From the NCBI RefSeq assembly GCF_946900835.1, contig NZ_OX336137.1:1228213-1292212 (forward strand): a DNA stretch of 64,000 bases, written 5' to 3'. Origin of the DNA: Nitrospina watsonii (lineage in GTDB: Bacteria > Nitrospinota > Nitrospinia > Nitrospinales > Nitrospinaceae). The notes under the pieces were generated by a model. That model saw only the letters and a list, made by a program, of their open reading frames with translations. It was not told the origin of the DNA and did not search any database. This document shows positions 1 to 10,560 of the stretch, piece by piece. How positions within the stretch are numbered: position 1 is the first letter of the stretch; every line of letters starts with the position of its first letter. The position numbers and the translations under genes were made by a program.

Positions 1-333
1 CAGCGCCGCCGATTCCTTGACGTCCTCCGTCCATGTCACACCGGCCGAACCCGGCTCGAAAATGGGATCAAGATAAATGTCATCGCCGTATTTGTCCTTG
101 TTGGCCTTGTCCAACTCGAGCAGGCTGAAGGCCTCGTCTTCGAGAGGGAACCGCCAGTCGTCGAACCCGCCAAACCGTTCCAGGTTCACGATCTGCAGAT
201 ACTCGTGGCCACGGAACCAGTTCTGCCATTTTTTGGTGTCCTGAAACGAATCCGTCTTCTTCCACATCAGTTGCAATTGATGATCGGTGATGGTTCCGTT
301 TTCGTTATCGACAAAACGCGGTTGTTCGGTCAT
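1..333 (-). CDS. DUF1566 (Lcl C-terminal domain)-like protein, 3'-partial (runs off window start)
   Basis: Reverse-complement translation from the ATG at 331-333 gives MTEQPRFVDNENGTITDHQLQLMWKKTD...DDWRFP...DPIFEPGSAGVTWTEDV. This is clearly paralogous to the DUF1566 core of the CDS at 58121-59101 (ITDPNSGLMWKKTD...ADWRIP...DPIFEIGAAAVTWITEC). There is no stop before position 1. Confidence 0.5.
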   Translation of the reverse strand, partial: MTEQPRFVDNENGTITDHQLQLMWKKTDSFQDTKKWQNWFRGHEYLQIVNLERFGGFDDWRFPLEDEAFSLLELDKANKDKYGDDIYLDPIFEPGSAGVTWTEDVKESAAL

Positions 334-357
334 GATGCGCTGCTTTCAGTTTCCGGG

Positions 358-1785
358 TTAGCGATACTGGTTCATGACCAGAAGTTTGATTTCCGTCATC
401 TCTTCGATGGTGTACCTCAGGCCTTCGCGGCCAAAACCGGAGTCCTTGACGCCGCCGTAAGGCATGTTGTCCACGCGGAATGTGGGAACATCGTTGAGCA
501 CCACGCCACCGACCTCCAACTGGTGGAAGGCTTGCATGGACTTGTCCAGCTGGTTGGTGAAGAGGCCCGCCTGCAATCCGAAATCGGAATCGTTGAGGGT
601 GTCAAGCGCTCCCTGAAAATCGGAATACGGCTCGACCACCAACAGCGGGCCAAAGGCCTCCTCACACACGATTTTCTGTTTGCGTCCCACATTGGTGAGG
701 ATGGTGGGTTCGAAGAACGAGCCGTCACGTTTGCCGCCGATGACGAGTCTCGCCCCGCCGTCCAGGGCTTCCTGCACCCAGGATTCGATGCGTTCGGAGT
801 TGCCGGTATCGATCATGGGACCGAAGGTGGTGGACTCGTCCAGCGGGTCGCCTTTTTTGAGCTTGGCGGTTTCCGCCGTCAGTTTGCTCACAAATTGATC
901 GAACACCGATTCGTGAATGTACGTGCGCTGCACGGAAATGCACACCTGCCCGGAGAATGAAAAGGCGCCGAAGCAGACGCGCTGGGCCGCGAAGTCCAGA
1001 TCGGCATCGGGTTCGACGATGACGCCGGCGTTGCCACCCAGTTCCAGGATGACCCGTTTTTTCCCGGCGCGCTTCTTGATGTCCCATCCGATTGGAGGAC
1101 TGCCGGTGAAAGATACCAACTGAAGACGCGGGTCCTCGACCAGCGCCGTGGCGTCGCGGCTCTTGCAGGGCAGTACGCTGAAAATGCCTTCGGGCGCGTC
1201 ACTTTCCATGATGACTTCACCCAGCAAGAGGGCGGTGAGCGGGGTGGAGGACGCCGGTTTGAGCACGATGGGATTGCCCACCGCCAGGGCCGGGGCCACC
1301 TTGTGCGACACCAGGTTCAAAGGGAAGTTGAACGGCGAGATGCCGGAGATGGCGCCTATCGGGAACCGCCGGGTGAGGCCGGTTTTGTTTTTGGCCGGTT
1401 CGGTGATATCGAGGTTGAGCGTTTCACCCTGAATCCGGCTGGCTTCTTCCGCTGCCACCTGGAATGTGGAGATGGACCGTTCCACTTCGGCGCGGGAATA
1501 GATCAACGGCTTGCCGGATTCCCGGGCCAGAGTTTGCGAAAACTCTTCCTTGCGTTTTTCGATGCCATCGGCGACCTGCTGGCAGATATTCCGCCTCATG
1601 TAAGAGGGCAGGTTGCGCGTGGTCTTGAATGTTTCCACCGCCAACGCGATGGCCTGATCGATTTCTTTCTCCGAAGCCAGAGACACTTCGGCAAAAGGTT
1701 CCTGCGTATAGGGATTGATGACGGGAATGGCCTCAGCGGATCCCGTCCATTTTTTTCCGATTAGAAAATCATGCTTTTTGGTCAT
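358..1785 (-). CDS. NAD(P)-dependent aldehyde dehydrogenase family protein
   Basis: 475-aa ORF with typical ALDH family features (ELGGNAG, catalytic FSFSGQVC Cys region, EEAFGPL). Confidence 0.85.
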   Translation of the reverse strand: MTKKHDFLIGKKWTGSAEAIPVINPYTQEPFAEVSLASEKEIDQAIALAVETFKTTRNLPSYMRRNICQQVADGIEKRKEEFSQTLARESGKPLIYSRAEVERSISTFQVAAEEASRIQGETLNLDITEPAKNKTGLTRRFPIGAISGISPFNFPLNLVSHKVAPALAVGNPIVLKPASSTPLTALLLGEVIMESDAPEGIFSVLPCKSRDATALVEDPRLQLVSFTGSPPIGWDIKKRAGKKRVILELGGNAGVIVEPDADLDFAAQRVCFGAFSFSGQVCISVQRTYIHESVFDQFVSKLTAETAKLKKGDPLDESTTFGPMIDTGNSERIESWVQEALDGGARLVIGGKRDGSFFEPTILTNVGRKQKIVCEEAFGPLLVVEPYSDFQGALDTLNDSDFGLQAGLFTNQLDKSMQAFHQLEVGGVVLNDVPTFRVDNMPYGGVKDSGFGREGLRYTIEEMTEIKLLVMNQYR

Positions 1786-1884
1786 GGTCTTTCATCCAAG
1801 TAGGAGGTCCTGTTTGTATAGACACATTTTATACAAAAATGTTTCTTTATGGAAGGAACCATGCAGAAAAGTCGAGCGTCGAAC

Positions 1885-4197
1885 TCAGGCCGATGGAGAA
1901 ATTCGGGGTAGCGCCGGGGATTCGGCCGTGGTGAGGGTGGGCTGGGCCGTCGTATCCGGCAGGTCTATGATGAAAACCGTGCCTTTGGGGGTGTTGTCGG
2001 CAACGCGAATACTGCCGCTGTGTTCGTTGATAATGCGGGTGACGATGGCCAGCCCGAGGCCGGTGCCGCGCTTCTTGGTCGTAAAGTGCGGCAGAAACAG
2101 CTTGTCCTGGTCCGAGGGATTGATGCCTTTGCCATCGTCTGAAAACTGAATTTGAATGATGCCGGCGCGTTTGTCCCGTCGAGTGGTGATGTGCAGGGTG
2201 CCGCCGGGATCGATGGCATCCAGTGCATTGTCGAACAGGTTGATGAACACCCGGCGAATTTGGTCGGGGTCCAGATTCAGCAGGTTGATATCCTTATCGA
2301 ACTCCCGGACCACACGTGGTTTTTTTTCATGGGTTTTGTACAGCTTATGGATATCTTCGATGATCTGGTGGAGTGACGCCAGACGCGGCCGTGGCATGGG
2401 CATGCGGGAAAAGCGTAAAAACTCGTTCAGTAGCTCTTTCATTCCCTCGACTTCCTGCGTGATGATACGGATGCTCTCGTCGAACACCTTGGCGAAAGAT
2501 TTTTTGTCTTCATAATATTTTTTGCGGAGCCGCTGGGCGTTGAGCTGAATCGGGGTGAGGGGATTTTTAATCTCGTGAGCGATGCCCTGAGCCACTTCCT
2601 GCCAGGCCGAAATTTTCTGTGCCTTGATCAACTGGGTGACATCTTCGAACACAAGCAACATACCCAGGTATTTCCCGGCATCATCACGCATGAACTTGAT
2701 ATTCACCAGGAAGGTGCGCAGGCTGTCACCGACCATCAATTCCAGTTTTCTTTCCGAGGATTCCTGCTGGGTGAAATCCATTTGCTTGATGATGTTGCGG
2801 ATCGCTTCCTGGAAAACAGTGTCGAAGGCTTCCTTGTACGGTTGGCCGAAGGCTTTGCGGTCTCCCATTTTCAATAACCGCTTGGCACCTTTATTGATGG
2901 TGGTGATGATGCCTTTCTTATCGATGGAGACAACCCCGGCACCGATGTTTTCCAGAATGGTTTCGGTGTAATAGCGGCGGCGTTCCAGTTCGATATTGGT
3001 TTCGCTCAGGTTTTTGTGAACGCGCTCAATTTTAATCCGGCTTTGTTTCAACTCATCGGTCATGCTGTTGAACGAGTTCACCAGCATGCCGATCTCGTCT
3101 GTCGTGGCCACGTCCACTTTGAAATTGAGGTCCCCTTCGGCGATGCGCCGGGTGCCCAGCGCCAGTTCCTGGATCGGCACGGTGATGCCGCGGGCCATGT
3201 AGAAACCCAGCCAAATGGCGGAGAACAGGATCAGCAGGGTCATCAGAATGAAGGTGGTGAAGTAGTTGGCGCTTACCGGCAGCTTTAGAAAACTTTGCTT
3301 TTTATACTCTTCAAATGCGTTGCGGATGCTCTCGATTTTGAACAGGGTGCTTTGAGGGATTTTGGACAACGTGAGGATATATCCCCAGATGGCCTGGCGG
3401 CCCTCCAGACTTTGAACGAGGGGAGTGATCACCACCATGTAATTGCCTTTGGTGAAGGAACGGGGCTCCATGATGACTTCGTTGGCCATGCTTTCCCGAA
3501 TCAATTCGGAATAATCCTTGTTGGTGTAGGTCTCGGGCATGGACCGGCTGGCATAAGAAACGACCACCCTGCCGTCATGATCGTAGATGATGACGCCACC
3601 CAGCTGGTACTCCTCGACTTTCATTTCCGCAAGCCGCCGCAACTGATCACGCCGGTCTTCCAGGTAGAGCTGGTTGCTGGTGATGAACTGCTCCATCTTT
3701 TTTGCGTAAAAAAGATTTGTTTTCTCGATATGGGAATAATATTCCCGGGCAACTTCCATGGATTGCTGCAGGGACTGCTCCACCTGCACGCTGAACCAGG
3801 TGCCGATGCTGTAGCTGAACAGTTTGCTGGCGACGAAGAACAGCAGCATGGAGGGAACCAGCGCCAGAGTCAGGAATGCCAGGATCAAACGGGTTTGAAA
3901 TTTGGCCCCGATGATCATGCTTTTGCGTTCATTGTAAAGCTTGATCAGGTTGCGCGCGATCATGGCAACCAGTAAGACAAGCAGAATGATAATGATGTTG
4001 AAAAGCAGGAGAACGGGAATGTTGTCGGAGATGGTGGCGTTCTGCTGGCGGAGGTAAGAAAACTCGAAATACGAAAGGAGTCCGAGTGCGAGGACGATCA
4101 AAAACAGATTACGACGGGCCCGGACCTTTTTTCTGCGAAGTTGTTCTTCGGTGAGGTGGGACTCGTAGGGATTATTGGCTAAAGGCTCGAACGGCAT
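1885..4197 (-). CDS. Sensor histidine kinase, NtrY-like (N-terminal multi-TM, HAMP, PAS, HisKA, HATPase_c)
   Basis: 770 aa. Hydrophobic N-terminal segments, H-box HEIKNPLTPIQL typical of NtrY-type kinases, and G-box GTGLGLAIV at the C-terminus. Confidence 0.8.
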   Translation of the reverse strand: MPFEPLANNPYESHLTEEQLRRKKVRARRNLFLIVLALGLLSYFEFSYLRQQNATISDNIPVLLLFNIIIILLVLLVAMIARNLIKLYNERKSMIIGAKFQTRLILAFLTLALVPSMLLFFVASKLFSYSIGTWFSVQVEQSLQQSMEVAREYYSHIEKTNLFYAKKMEQFITSNQLYLEDRRDQLRRLAEMKVEEYQLGGVIIYDHDGRVVVSYASRSMPETYTNKDYSELIRESMANEVIMEPRSFTKGNYMVVITPLVQSLEGRQAIWGYILTLSKIPQSTLFKIESIRNAFEEYKKQSFLKLPVSANYFTTFILMTLLILFSAIWLGFYMARGITVPIQELALGTRRIAEGDLNFKVDVATTDEIGMLVNSFNSMTDELKQSRIKIERVHKNLSETNIELERRRYYTETILENIGAGVVSIDKKGIITTINKGAKRLLKMGDRKAFGQPYKEAFDTVFQEAIRNIIKQMDFTQQESSERKLELMVGDSLRTFLVNIKFMRDDAGKYLGMLLVFEDVTQLIKAQKISAWQEVAQGIAHEIKNPLTPIQLNAQRLRKKYYEDKKSFAKVFDESIRIITQEVEGMKELLNEFLRFSRMPMPRPRLASLHQIIEDIHKLYKTHEKKPRVVREFDKDINLLNLDPDQIRRVFINLFDNALDAIDPGGTLHITTRRDKRAGIIQIQFSDDGKGINPSDQDKLFLPHFTTKKRGTGLGLAIVTRIINEHSGSIRVADNTPKGTVFIIDLPDTTAQPTLTTAESPALPRISPSA

Positions 4198-4831
4198 TCT
4201 TCAATCCCCCGGTGTGGGGTCCCGAAGGACTCCGGTGCGGTTGAGTCGTCTCTGCGGGGAATCCTTTATTGGGTTCCACCTGGATCAGGCTGGATTCGGT
4301 CCATGACGTTTCAAAGTCATGGATCGGCACAAAGAACAACAGCCAGTTGAAGGGGAACCAAAGACCGTCGTCATTGACCATCTCCGCTTTAACGCGGACA
4401 TAATACCTCTCATCGGGATCGAGCAGGTACACCGAAGACAAAGGGATATCCTTCAAGGTCATCATCAGTTCGCGGCACAATTCGGATTTTTTGGTTGCCA
4501 CTTTGCGTTCGAGGTTGTCTCCCTGTGAAGAAAACTCGTAGCTTTTTTTGAGAGTGTCGTACTGGACCGTGTGCGTGATCTGACTTTGGCTGATGACTTC
4601 GTCGGGGTAAAAGTTCACATTGCGCAGCAGTTCGATCTTGTAATGAAATGTCAAGGGAACGCCGCTGTGCAACGCCTCCATCATTTTATCCGTGAATGCA
4701 TTTTCAAGGGTGCCTCCTACGCGAACCTGTTCGTGATCGGCGTGCAACGTCACTTGGGTCAGAACCGGTTTGGCCCAGGCGAAAGGGGTCATCAAGCCGA
4801 AACAGAGTACGACCAGAGGGATTCTTCGCAT
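4172..4831 (-). CDS. DUF4390-like secreted protein (commonly encoded upstream of NtrY-type kinases)
   Basis: ORF overlaps the kinase start by 26 bp. The Met (MRRIPLVVLCFGLMTPFAWA) gives a signal peptide; the ORF extends to 4858 upstream. Confidence 0.5.
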   Translation of the reverse strand: MRRIPLVVLCFGLMTPFAWAKPVLTQVTLHADHEQVRVGGTLENAFTDKMMEALHSGVPLTFHYKIELLRNVNFYPDEVISQSQITHTVQYDTLKKSYEFSSQGDNLERKVATKKSELCRELMMTLKDIPLSSVYLLDPDERYYVRVKAEMVNDDGLWFPFNWLLFFVPIHDFETSWTESSLIQVEPNKGFPAETTQPHRSPSGPHTGGLKNAVRAFSQ

Positions 4832-5147
4832 GCATCTTGAAAAAAAATGTGCCAACAATTTGCGTCCTCTTCAAATATCGCTTTTTAGGATGACTTTGAA
4901 TGAAGTCGGGAACTTCATAAAGCGACAGGCAAGATGATAACGATTTTTTTGCCCCACCAAACACTTTAATCTTAAAGCATTTTAAATTATATGTAAATAA
5001 TTACAATCATTGATTTTATTGTTTCAGGAGCCGCTGCAAGAGGATTTTCGGGGTAGCTTCGGATTGTGTGCGAGCTGGAGCCCGGATGAACCACCTTGAA
5101 TTTGAATGTTTTGGAGTTGGGCTTTGAAGGAAGCGGGGGAACCAGGA

Positions 5148-7796
5148 TCAACCATTTTTCAGTAGATCACGGAGCTCGTACAGCTTTTCCAGAGCCTGCC
5201 GCGGGGTGAGGTCGTCGATTTCCAGTTGCCGGAGTTTCTGCAGGAGGGGCGGCGGGGTCTCACCGAACAATCCCAGTTGCTGCGGGCCGGCAGCGGGGGC
5301 GTGCGGTTGCGCCAGCTTGGGGGTGCCGACTTCATCGTATTCGCTGTTCTCCAGGTTGAACAGCACTTCGTTGGCCCGGCGCAACACCGGGTCCGGCAAT
5401 CCGGCCAAACGGGCGACGTGGATGCCATAGCTTTTGTCAGCGCCTCCCGGAATGATCTTGCGCAGGAAAATGATTTCGTCGTTCCATTCCTTGATTTGCA
5501 CGTTGTAATTTTTAACACTGGGAAACAGCGTTTCGAGTTCGGTCAATTCGTGGTAATGCGTGGCGAATAAAGTTTTCGCACCGATGCGTTCCGGTCCCTG
5601 TAGAAATTCAACGATGGCCCAGGCGATGCTGATGCCGTCGAAGGTGCTGGTGCCGCGCCCGATCTCATCGAGAATGATGAGGCTTTGCCGCGTGGCGTTG
5701 TTCAAAATGTTCGCGGTCTCGATCATCTCCACCATGAAAGTGGATTGTCCTTTCTGCAAATGGTCCTGCGCGCCGACGCGCGAAAAGATGCGATCCACCA
5801 AGCCAATCGTTGCCTCTTCCGCCGGGATAAAACAACCGACCTGGGCCATGAGCACACTCAACGCCACCTGGCGCAGGTAGGTGGACTTGCCCGCCATGTT
5901 GGGTCCGGTGATGATCGCCACCTGGTTGCCGTCGCAATCGAGCAGGGTGTCGTTGGGGATGAACGGCTGATTGGGATCGATGCGTTCCACCAGTGGATGG
6001 CGACCGTTTTGCAGGCGCAGCGTGTCGGCGTCGTTCATCTCCGGCCGGCAGTAATTATGTTGATGCGCGATCTGCGCGAAGCCGATGAGCGTGTCCAGCT
6101 CACCGATGCGCTCCGCCATGACCTGAATGCGCATGCCTTCGGCAGCAATGTCCTGCCGGATTTGCTGAAACAGTTTCAATTCGATGGCCTGCACTTTTTC
6201 TTCGGCGCCGGTGATCTCGGTTTCGTACTGCTTGAGCTCGGGCGAGATGAAGCGTTCGGTATTGACCAACGATTGCTTGCGGATGAAATCGTCTGGAATG
6301 CGGTCGAGGTTTTTCTTGGTGACCTCAATGTAGTACCCATAAATTTTGTTGTAACCGACCTTGAGTTGCGGGATGCCGGTGCGTTCTTTTTCTCGTGCTT
6401 CCAGGTTGGCGATCGCCTGGTTGCTGTCCTTCATGATGGCTTTCAGCCGGTCCAGCTCCTCGTCGCATCCGGGTTTGATGAGGTTGCCGTCCTTGATGTT
6501 GAGGGGCGGGTCGTCTTCGATGCGTTCGTCGATGAGTTGATGAATCGACTCCAGGTTGTCCCAGCTTTCGCGGATGCGTTGCATGGCTGGAAGAGGACAA
6601 CGGGCGATCATTTCCTGGATCGAGGGCAATACCTGAAGCGAGGATTTGAGGGCGATCAGGTCGCGTGGCCCGCATGTGGCCATGGAAATCTTTCCGAGTA
6701 ATCGTTCCAGATCGAAAATGTGTTTCAACTGTTCGCGGATGTCATTGCGTTCGAGCAGGTGTTCCTTGTAATGTCCCACCAGGTCGAGGCGTTGCTGGAT
6801 CGGTTCCAGACGGATGAGCGGTTTTAGAATCCATTCCCGTACCCGGCGCGCCCCCAGTGGCGTGCAGGTGGCGTCGAGCAATCCAAGCAGGGAATGCTTG
6901 CGCTGGCCGTCGCTGGACTGCACGAGTTCGAGACTGTTGACCGTGGACCGGTCCAGCAACATGCAATCCTGCGTGCTGAAGGTGGACAGCGTCGTGATGT
7001 GTTGCAGTGCGGACTTTTGCGTGTCTTTCAGGTATTGAATGAGAGCTCCGGCGGCGCACACGGCGGCATGCCGGTCTTCGCAGCCGAAACCTTCCAGCGT
7101 TTTGGTTTTGAACTGTTCGGTCAGAATGCGATGCGCCTGGGTGTGGTGAAAGGTCCAGTCTTCCAGCGATTGCATGAAGTAGCCGGTGTCTTCGAGGCTG
7201 GCCGGTTGCGCTCCGTTGCCGTTCATGGCGCTTTCGGGAATCAGGACTTCCTTGGGATCGAGTTTGCTCAACTCATCGCGGAGCAGGTCCGGTGCCTGGG
7301 ACGGCAGTTCCGTCACTTTGAACAGGCCGGTGGACATGTCGAGTGCGGCCAGTCCCGTGTGATCTTTGCTGAAATACAACGACACCAGAAAGTGATGGCT
7401 CTTGGGATCGAGCAGGGTGTCGTCGAGCACGGTGCCGGGGGTGATGACGCGCACGACCTCGCGCCGGACCAGCCCCTTGGCCTGTTTCGGGTCCTCCACC
7501 TGTTCACAAATGGCGATGGTCTTGCCGCCTTTCACCAGGCGGTTGATGTACAGGGTGGACGAGTGATGCGGAATGCCGCACATGGGAATGGCATTGGGTT
7601 TGTTCTTGTTGCGGGAGGTGAGGGCGATGTCGAGAATTTTCGACGCTTCCTTCGCGTCTTCGTTGAACATCTCGTAGAAATCGCCCATCCGGAAAAACAA
7701 AATGGCGTCCGGGTATTCTTTTTTGATGCCCTGGTACTGCTGCATCATGGGGGTGTCGTCGTCCACGACATTCTGCTTGTTCGCGGTTTTGGCCAT
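5148..7796 (-). CDS. mutS: DNA mismatch repair protein MutS
   Basis: 882 aa. N-terminal mismatch-binding PMMQQY...FFRMGDFYEMF motif and Walker A GPNMAGKST. Confidence 0.95.
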   Translation of the reverse strand: MAKTANKQNVVDDDTPMMQQYQGIKKEYPDAILFFRMGDFYEMFNEDAKEASKILDIALTSRNKNKPNAIPMCGIPHHSSTLYINRLVKGGKTIAICEQVEDPKQAKGLVRREVVRVITPGTVLDDTLLDPKSHHFLVSLYFSKDHTGLAALDMSTGLFKVTELPSQAPDLLRDELSKLDPKEVLIPESAMNGNGAQPASLEDTGYFMQSLEDWTFHHTQAHRILTEQFKTKTLEGFGCEDRHAAVCAAGALIQYLKDTQKSALQHITTLSTFSTQDCMLLDRSTVNSLELVQSSDGQRKHSLLGLLDATCTPLGARRVREWILKPLIRLEPIQQRLDLVGHYKEHLLERNDIREQLKHIFDLERLLGKISMATCGPRDLIALKSSLQVLPSIQEMIARCPLPAMQRIRESWDNLESIHQLIDERIEDDPPLNIKDGNLIKPGCDEELDRLKAIMKDSNQAIANLEAREKERTGIPQLKVGYNKIYGYYIEVTKKNLDRIPDDFIRKQSLVNTERFISPELKQYETEITGAEEKVQAIELKLFQQIRQDIAAEGMRIQVMAERIGELDTLIGFAQIAHQHNYCRPEMNDADTLRLQNGRHPLVERIDPNQPFIPNDTLLDCDGNQVAIITGPNMAGKSTYLRQVALSVLMAQVGCFIPAEEATIGLVDRIFSRVGAQDHLQKGQSTFMVEMIETANILNNATRQSLIILDEIGRGTSTFDGISIAWAIVEFLQGPERIGAKTLFATHYHELTELETLFPSVKNYNVQIKEWNDEIIFLRKIIPGGADKSYGIHVARLAGLPDPVLRRANEVLFNLENSEYDEVGTPKLAQPHAPAAGPQQLGLFGETPPPLLQKLRQLEIDDLTPRQALEKLYELRDLLKNG

Positions 7797-7808
7797 GACC
7801 GGATGTGG

Positions 7809-8297
7809 TTAAATTTTGAGTTCCTGAAAAATCGGATACAGGCGTTGAAACGTGGCTTCGATGTGTTCCGGGTGGACTTTGGTTTCCGCGAGTACGGGCA
7901 TGAAATTGGTGTCGCCGGTCCAGCGTGGAACAATGTGGGAATGGATGTGTTCGTCGAAACCCGCGCCGCCGCTCTTACCGATATTGTAGCCCATGTTGAA
8001 GCCGTGCGGGTGGTACGACTGACGCAGAATCTCCATCGATTTCTGGGTCAACAGGCCGATCTCCGCGATTTCCTCGGCGTTCAACTCCGTGAAGCAGGCG
8101 AGGTGGCGATAGGGAGACACCATCAGGTGCCCATTGGAATACGGGAAAATATTGATGATGACGAAACTCAGTTTTCCACGGTACAAAATCTTGCGGCCCA
8201 TGTCGTCGCCCGCCTGCGGCGACGTGCAGAATATACACTCCTTGGTTTTATCCGATTTGATGTAGTTCATGCGCCAGGGGGCCCAGAGGTTTTCCAT
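7809..8297 (-). CDS. HIT family hydrolase
   Basis: 162 aa with histidine triad HIHSHIVPRW. Confidence 0.8.
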   Translation of the reverse strand: MENLWAPWRMNYIKSDKTKECIFCTSPQAGDDMGRKILYRGKLSFVIINIFPYSNGHLMVSPYRHLACFTELNAEEIAEIGLLTQKSMEILRQSYHPHGFNMGYNIGKSGGAGFDEHIHSHIVPRWTGDTNFMPVLAETKVHPEHIEATFQRLYPIFQELKI

Positions 8298-8328
8298 ATG
8301 CTCACTCTCCCGTGTGGAAGCCGGGAAA

Positions 8329-8796
8329 TCAGAAGTTGCTGGTCCCGGAGGGTTGCCGGCCGGGAAAGATGTGGCCGAATGCTTCCTGCGTTTTTTGTTT
8401 CATGTAGCGGGCGTCCTGTTTCGACGTTTCGTGGTCGTAGCCCATCAGGTGCAGTATGCCGTGAATGAGGAGGAGGATCAACTCCTCTTGCAGGGACAGG
8501 TGATGGTCGGTGGCCTGCCGGAACGCGGTTTCGACGGAAATGACCACATCTCCGAGCAGCACTTGTCCCTTTTCATTGACGGCATCTTCATCCTGTGGAA
8601 ACGATAGCACATCGGTTGCCTGATCCTTGTCCCGGTACTGATGATTGAGGTTGCGGATGGCGGGGTCGTCGGTCAACAGAATACTGAGCTCGTCGTCGCC
8701 GATCTCCAGGTATTTCAGGATGCGGCTCGCCTCTTTCTTGAGCCAGCGCACATCGACTTTGTGCGCGGACTGGTTGTTGGTCACAAGAATGGGCAT
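8329..8796 (-). CDS. ybeY: rRNA maturation endoribonuclease YbeY
   Basis: 155 aa with HGILHLMGYDHE metal-binding motif. Confidence 0.9.
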   Translation of the reverse strand: MPILVTNNQSAHKVDVRWLKKEASRILKYLEIGDDELSILLTDDPAIRNLNHQYRDKDQATDVLSFPQDEDAVNEKGQVLLGDVVISVETAFRQATDHHLSLQEELILLLIHGILHLMGYDHETSKQDARYMKQKTQEAFGHIFPGRQPSGTSNF

Positions 8797-8882
8797 GGCG
8801 TGTTGAGCCTGAGTGTGTCCTGTGAATGCGCCGTGTGGGTGATCGGGAGATCGTCGCGCACAACCGCCGGCTCGGATGTCTG

Positions 8883-9863
8883 TTATGCAGAGGGAGGCGG
8901 TTCGCTTTGCTCTGCCCGGTCGTAGGCACCGATGATTTTTTTCACCAACTCGTGGCGGACGACGTCTTTTCGGTCGAATTCAATCAAGTCGATGCCGTGA
9001 ATGTCTCTCAATATTTCTCTGGCATGCAAAAGGCCGGACTGGGTGCCGCGCGGCAAGTCCACCTGCGTGATGTCGCCGGTGACGACCATCTTCGAGCGGA
9101 ATCCCAACCGGGTGAGGAACATTTTCATCTGTTCCCGGGTCGAGTTCTGCGCTTCGTCCAGGATGATGAATGAGTCGTTCAGCGTGCGCCCGCGCATGTA
9201 GGCCAGCGGCGCGATTTCTATATACCCCTCCGCAATCATCTGCTGCACCTGATTGAACTCCACCATTTCGTAAAGCGCGTCGTAGAGCGGCATCAGGTAC
9301 GGTTGAATTTTTTCGGCGATGTCACCGGGCAGGAAGCCCAGTTTTTCTCCGGCTTCGACGGCAGGACGGGTCAGAATGATGCGCTTGAACTGGCGTTTCA
9401 AAAAGCCTTCGACCGCCATGGCCACCGCAAGGTACGTTTTGCCGGTGCCTGCCGGACCGATGGCAAGCACGACGTCGTGTTTGCGGATGGCCTGGATCAT
9501 CTTGCGCTGGGTGTTGCCCTTGGGCGTGATGAATCCTTTCTTGGGCGATACGGGAATACGTTCGTCGAACAGCCCCTTGATATCCACTTTAGGGTCTTCG
9601 GCCACCAGCCGGATGGCGAACTTGATGTCGCCGTTGACCAGGCGCTGGCCGCTGGCCATCATGTCGTGCAGTTGCACGAGCAGATGCTCGACCGCTTCGA
9701 CATCGTTCGGCTCGCCACTGATACGAATTTGATTCTCGCGCGTGGTGATGCGGACGTTGAACTTTTTTTCGATTTGTTTGAGGTTGGTGTCCTGAGTGCC
9801 GAATATTTCAGGAATGTATTCCGTACTTTCGAGAAGCAAGTCCCTGGAAGTGGAGTGGTTCAA
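8883..9863 (-). CDS. ybeZ: PhoH-like ATPase (YbeZ)
   Basis: 326 aa with Walker A GPAGTGKTYLAVAMAV. Conserved phoH-ybeY synteny. Confidence 0.9.
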   Translation of the reverse strand: MNHSTSRDLLLESTEYIPEIFGTQDTNLKQIEKKFNVRITTRENQIRISGEPNDVEAVEHLLVQLHDMMASGQRLVNGDIKFAIRLVAEDPKVDIKGLFDERIPVSPKKGFITPKGNTQRKMIQAIRKHDVVLAIGPAGTGKTYLAVAMAVEGFLKRQFKRIILTRPAVEAGEKLGFLPGDIAEKIQPYLMPLYDALYEMVEFNQVQQMIAEGYIEIAPLAYMRGRTLNDSFIILDEAQNSTREQMKMFLTRLGFRSKMVVTGDITQVDLPRGTQSGLLHAREILRDIHGIDLIEFDRKDVVRHELVKKIIGAYDRAEQSEPPPSA

Positions 9864-9996
9864 GCAGGAGAAACCTTTATTGGGTTTGAATTCACGTTCA
9901 TTATAGGGTGATCGATTGCCAATGTCAAAGCATACCGGGCGCTGTAACCGGCTACATTAAAAAGACTTATGTAGGTTGCCGGAGGCCTTGGGGTGA

Positions 9997-10560
9997 TCAG
10001 GTGCGGTACCGCTGCCCGCCGTTGATCAGGCTTAAAAACTCGCTGCGGGTGCTGGGGTTGGACTTGAAATAACCCAGCATGGAGCTTGTGGTGGTGAAGG
10101 AATTCTGCTTCTCCACGCCGCGCATGGACATGCACAGGTGCAGGGCTTCGATGACCACGGCAACACCCTTGGGCTTCAATACCCGGTTGATGCAATCGGC
10201 GACCTGCATGGTCAACCGTTCCTGCACCTGGAGGCGGCGGCTGAAAGCATCGACCACGCGCGGGATCTTGCTGAGGCCGATGATCTTGCCGTCAGGCAGG
10301 TAGGCAACATGGCACTTGCCAAAAAACGGAAGCATGTGGTGCTCGCACAGGCTGAACATGTCGATATCCTTGACGATCACCATTTCGTCGGTGTTGGCAT
10401 CGGTGAACAGGGCATCGTTGACCAGTTCGTCGATGTTCACCCAGTAGCCGCCGGTCAGGAACTTGAGGGAGCGCGAAACCCGTTCGGGGGTATTCTTCAG
10501 GCCTTCGCGGGAAGGGTCTTCTCCCAACTCGAGCAGTATCTTCTCAATCAACTCTTTCAC
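9997..10560 (-). CDS. folE: GTP cyclohydrolase I
   Basis: 187 aa: [10 protein letters not shown]...CEHHMLPF...VIEALHLCM conserved FolE residues. Confidence 0.9.
   Translation of the reverse strand: MKELIEKILLELGEDPSREGLKNTPERVSRSLKFLTGGYWVNIDELVNDALFTDANTDEMVIVKDIDMFSLCEHHMLPFFGKCHVAYLPDGKIIGLSKIPRVVDAFSRRLQVQERLTMQVADCINRVLKPKGVAVVIEALHLCMSMRGVEKQNSFTTTSSMLGYFKSNPSTRSEFLSLINGGQRYRT

Noticed and set aside
205-960. 251-aa plus-strand ORF
   Set aside because: Antisense to the aldehyde dehydrogenase CDS. A typical spurious open frame in GC-rich DNA.
5685-8468. Long antisense ORFs (338 aa and 524 aa) opposite mutS/HIT/ybeY
   Set aside because: They overlap well-supported conserved genes on the other strand, have no recognisable motifs, and have low-complexity Arg/Gly/Val-rich composition.
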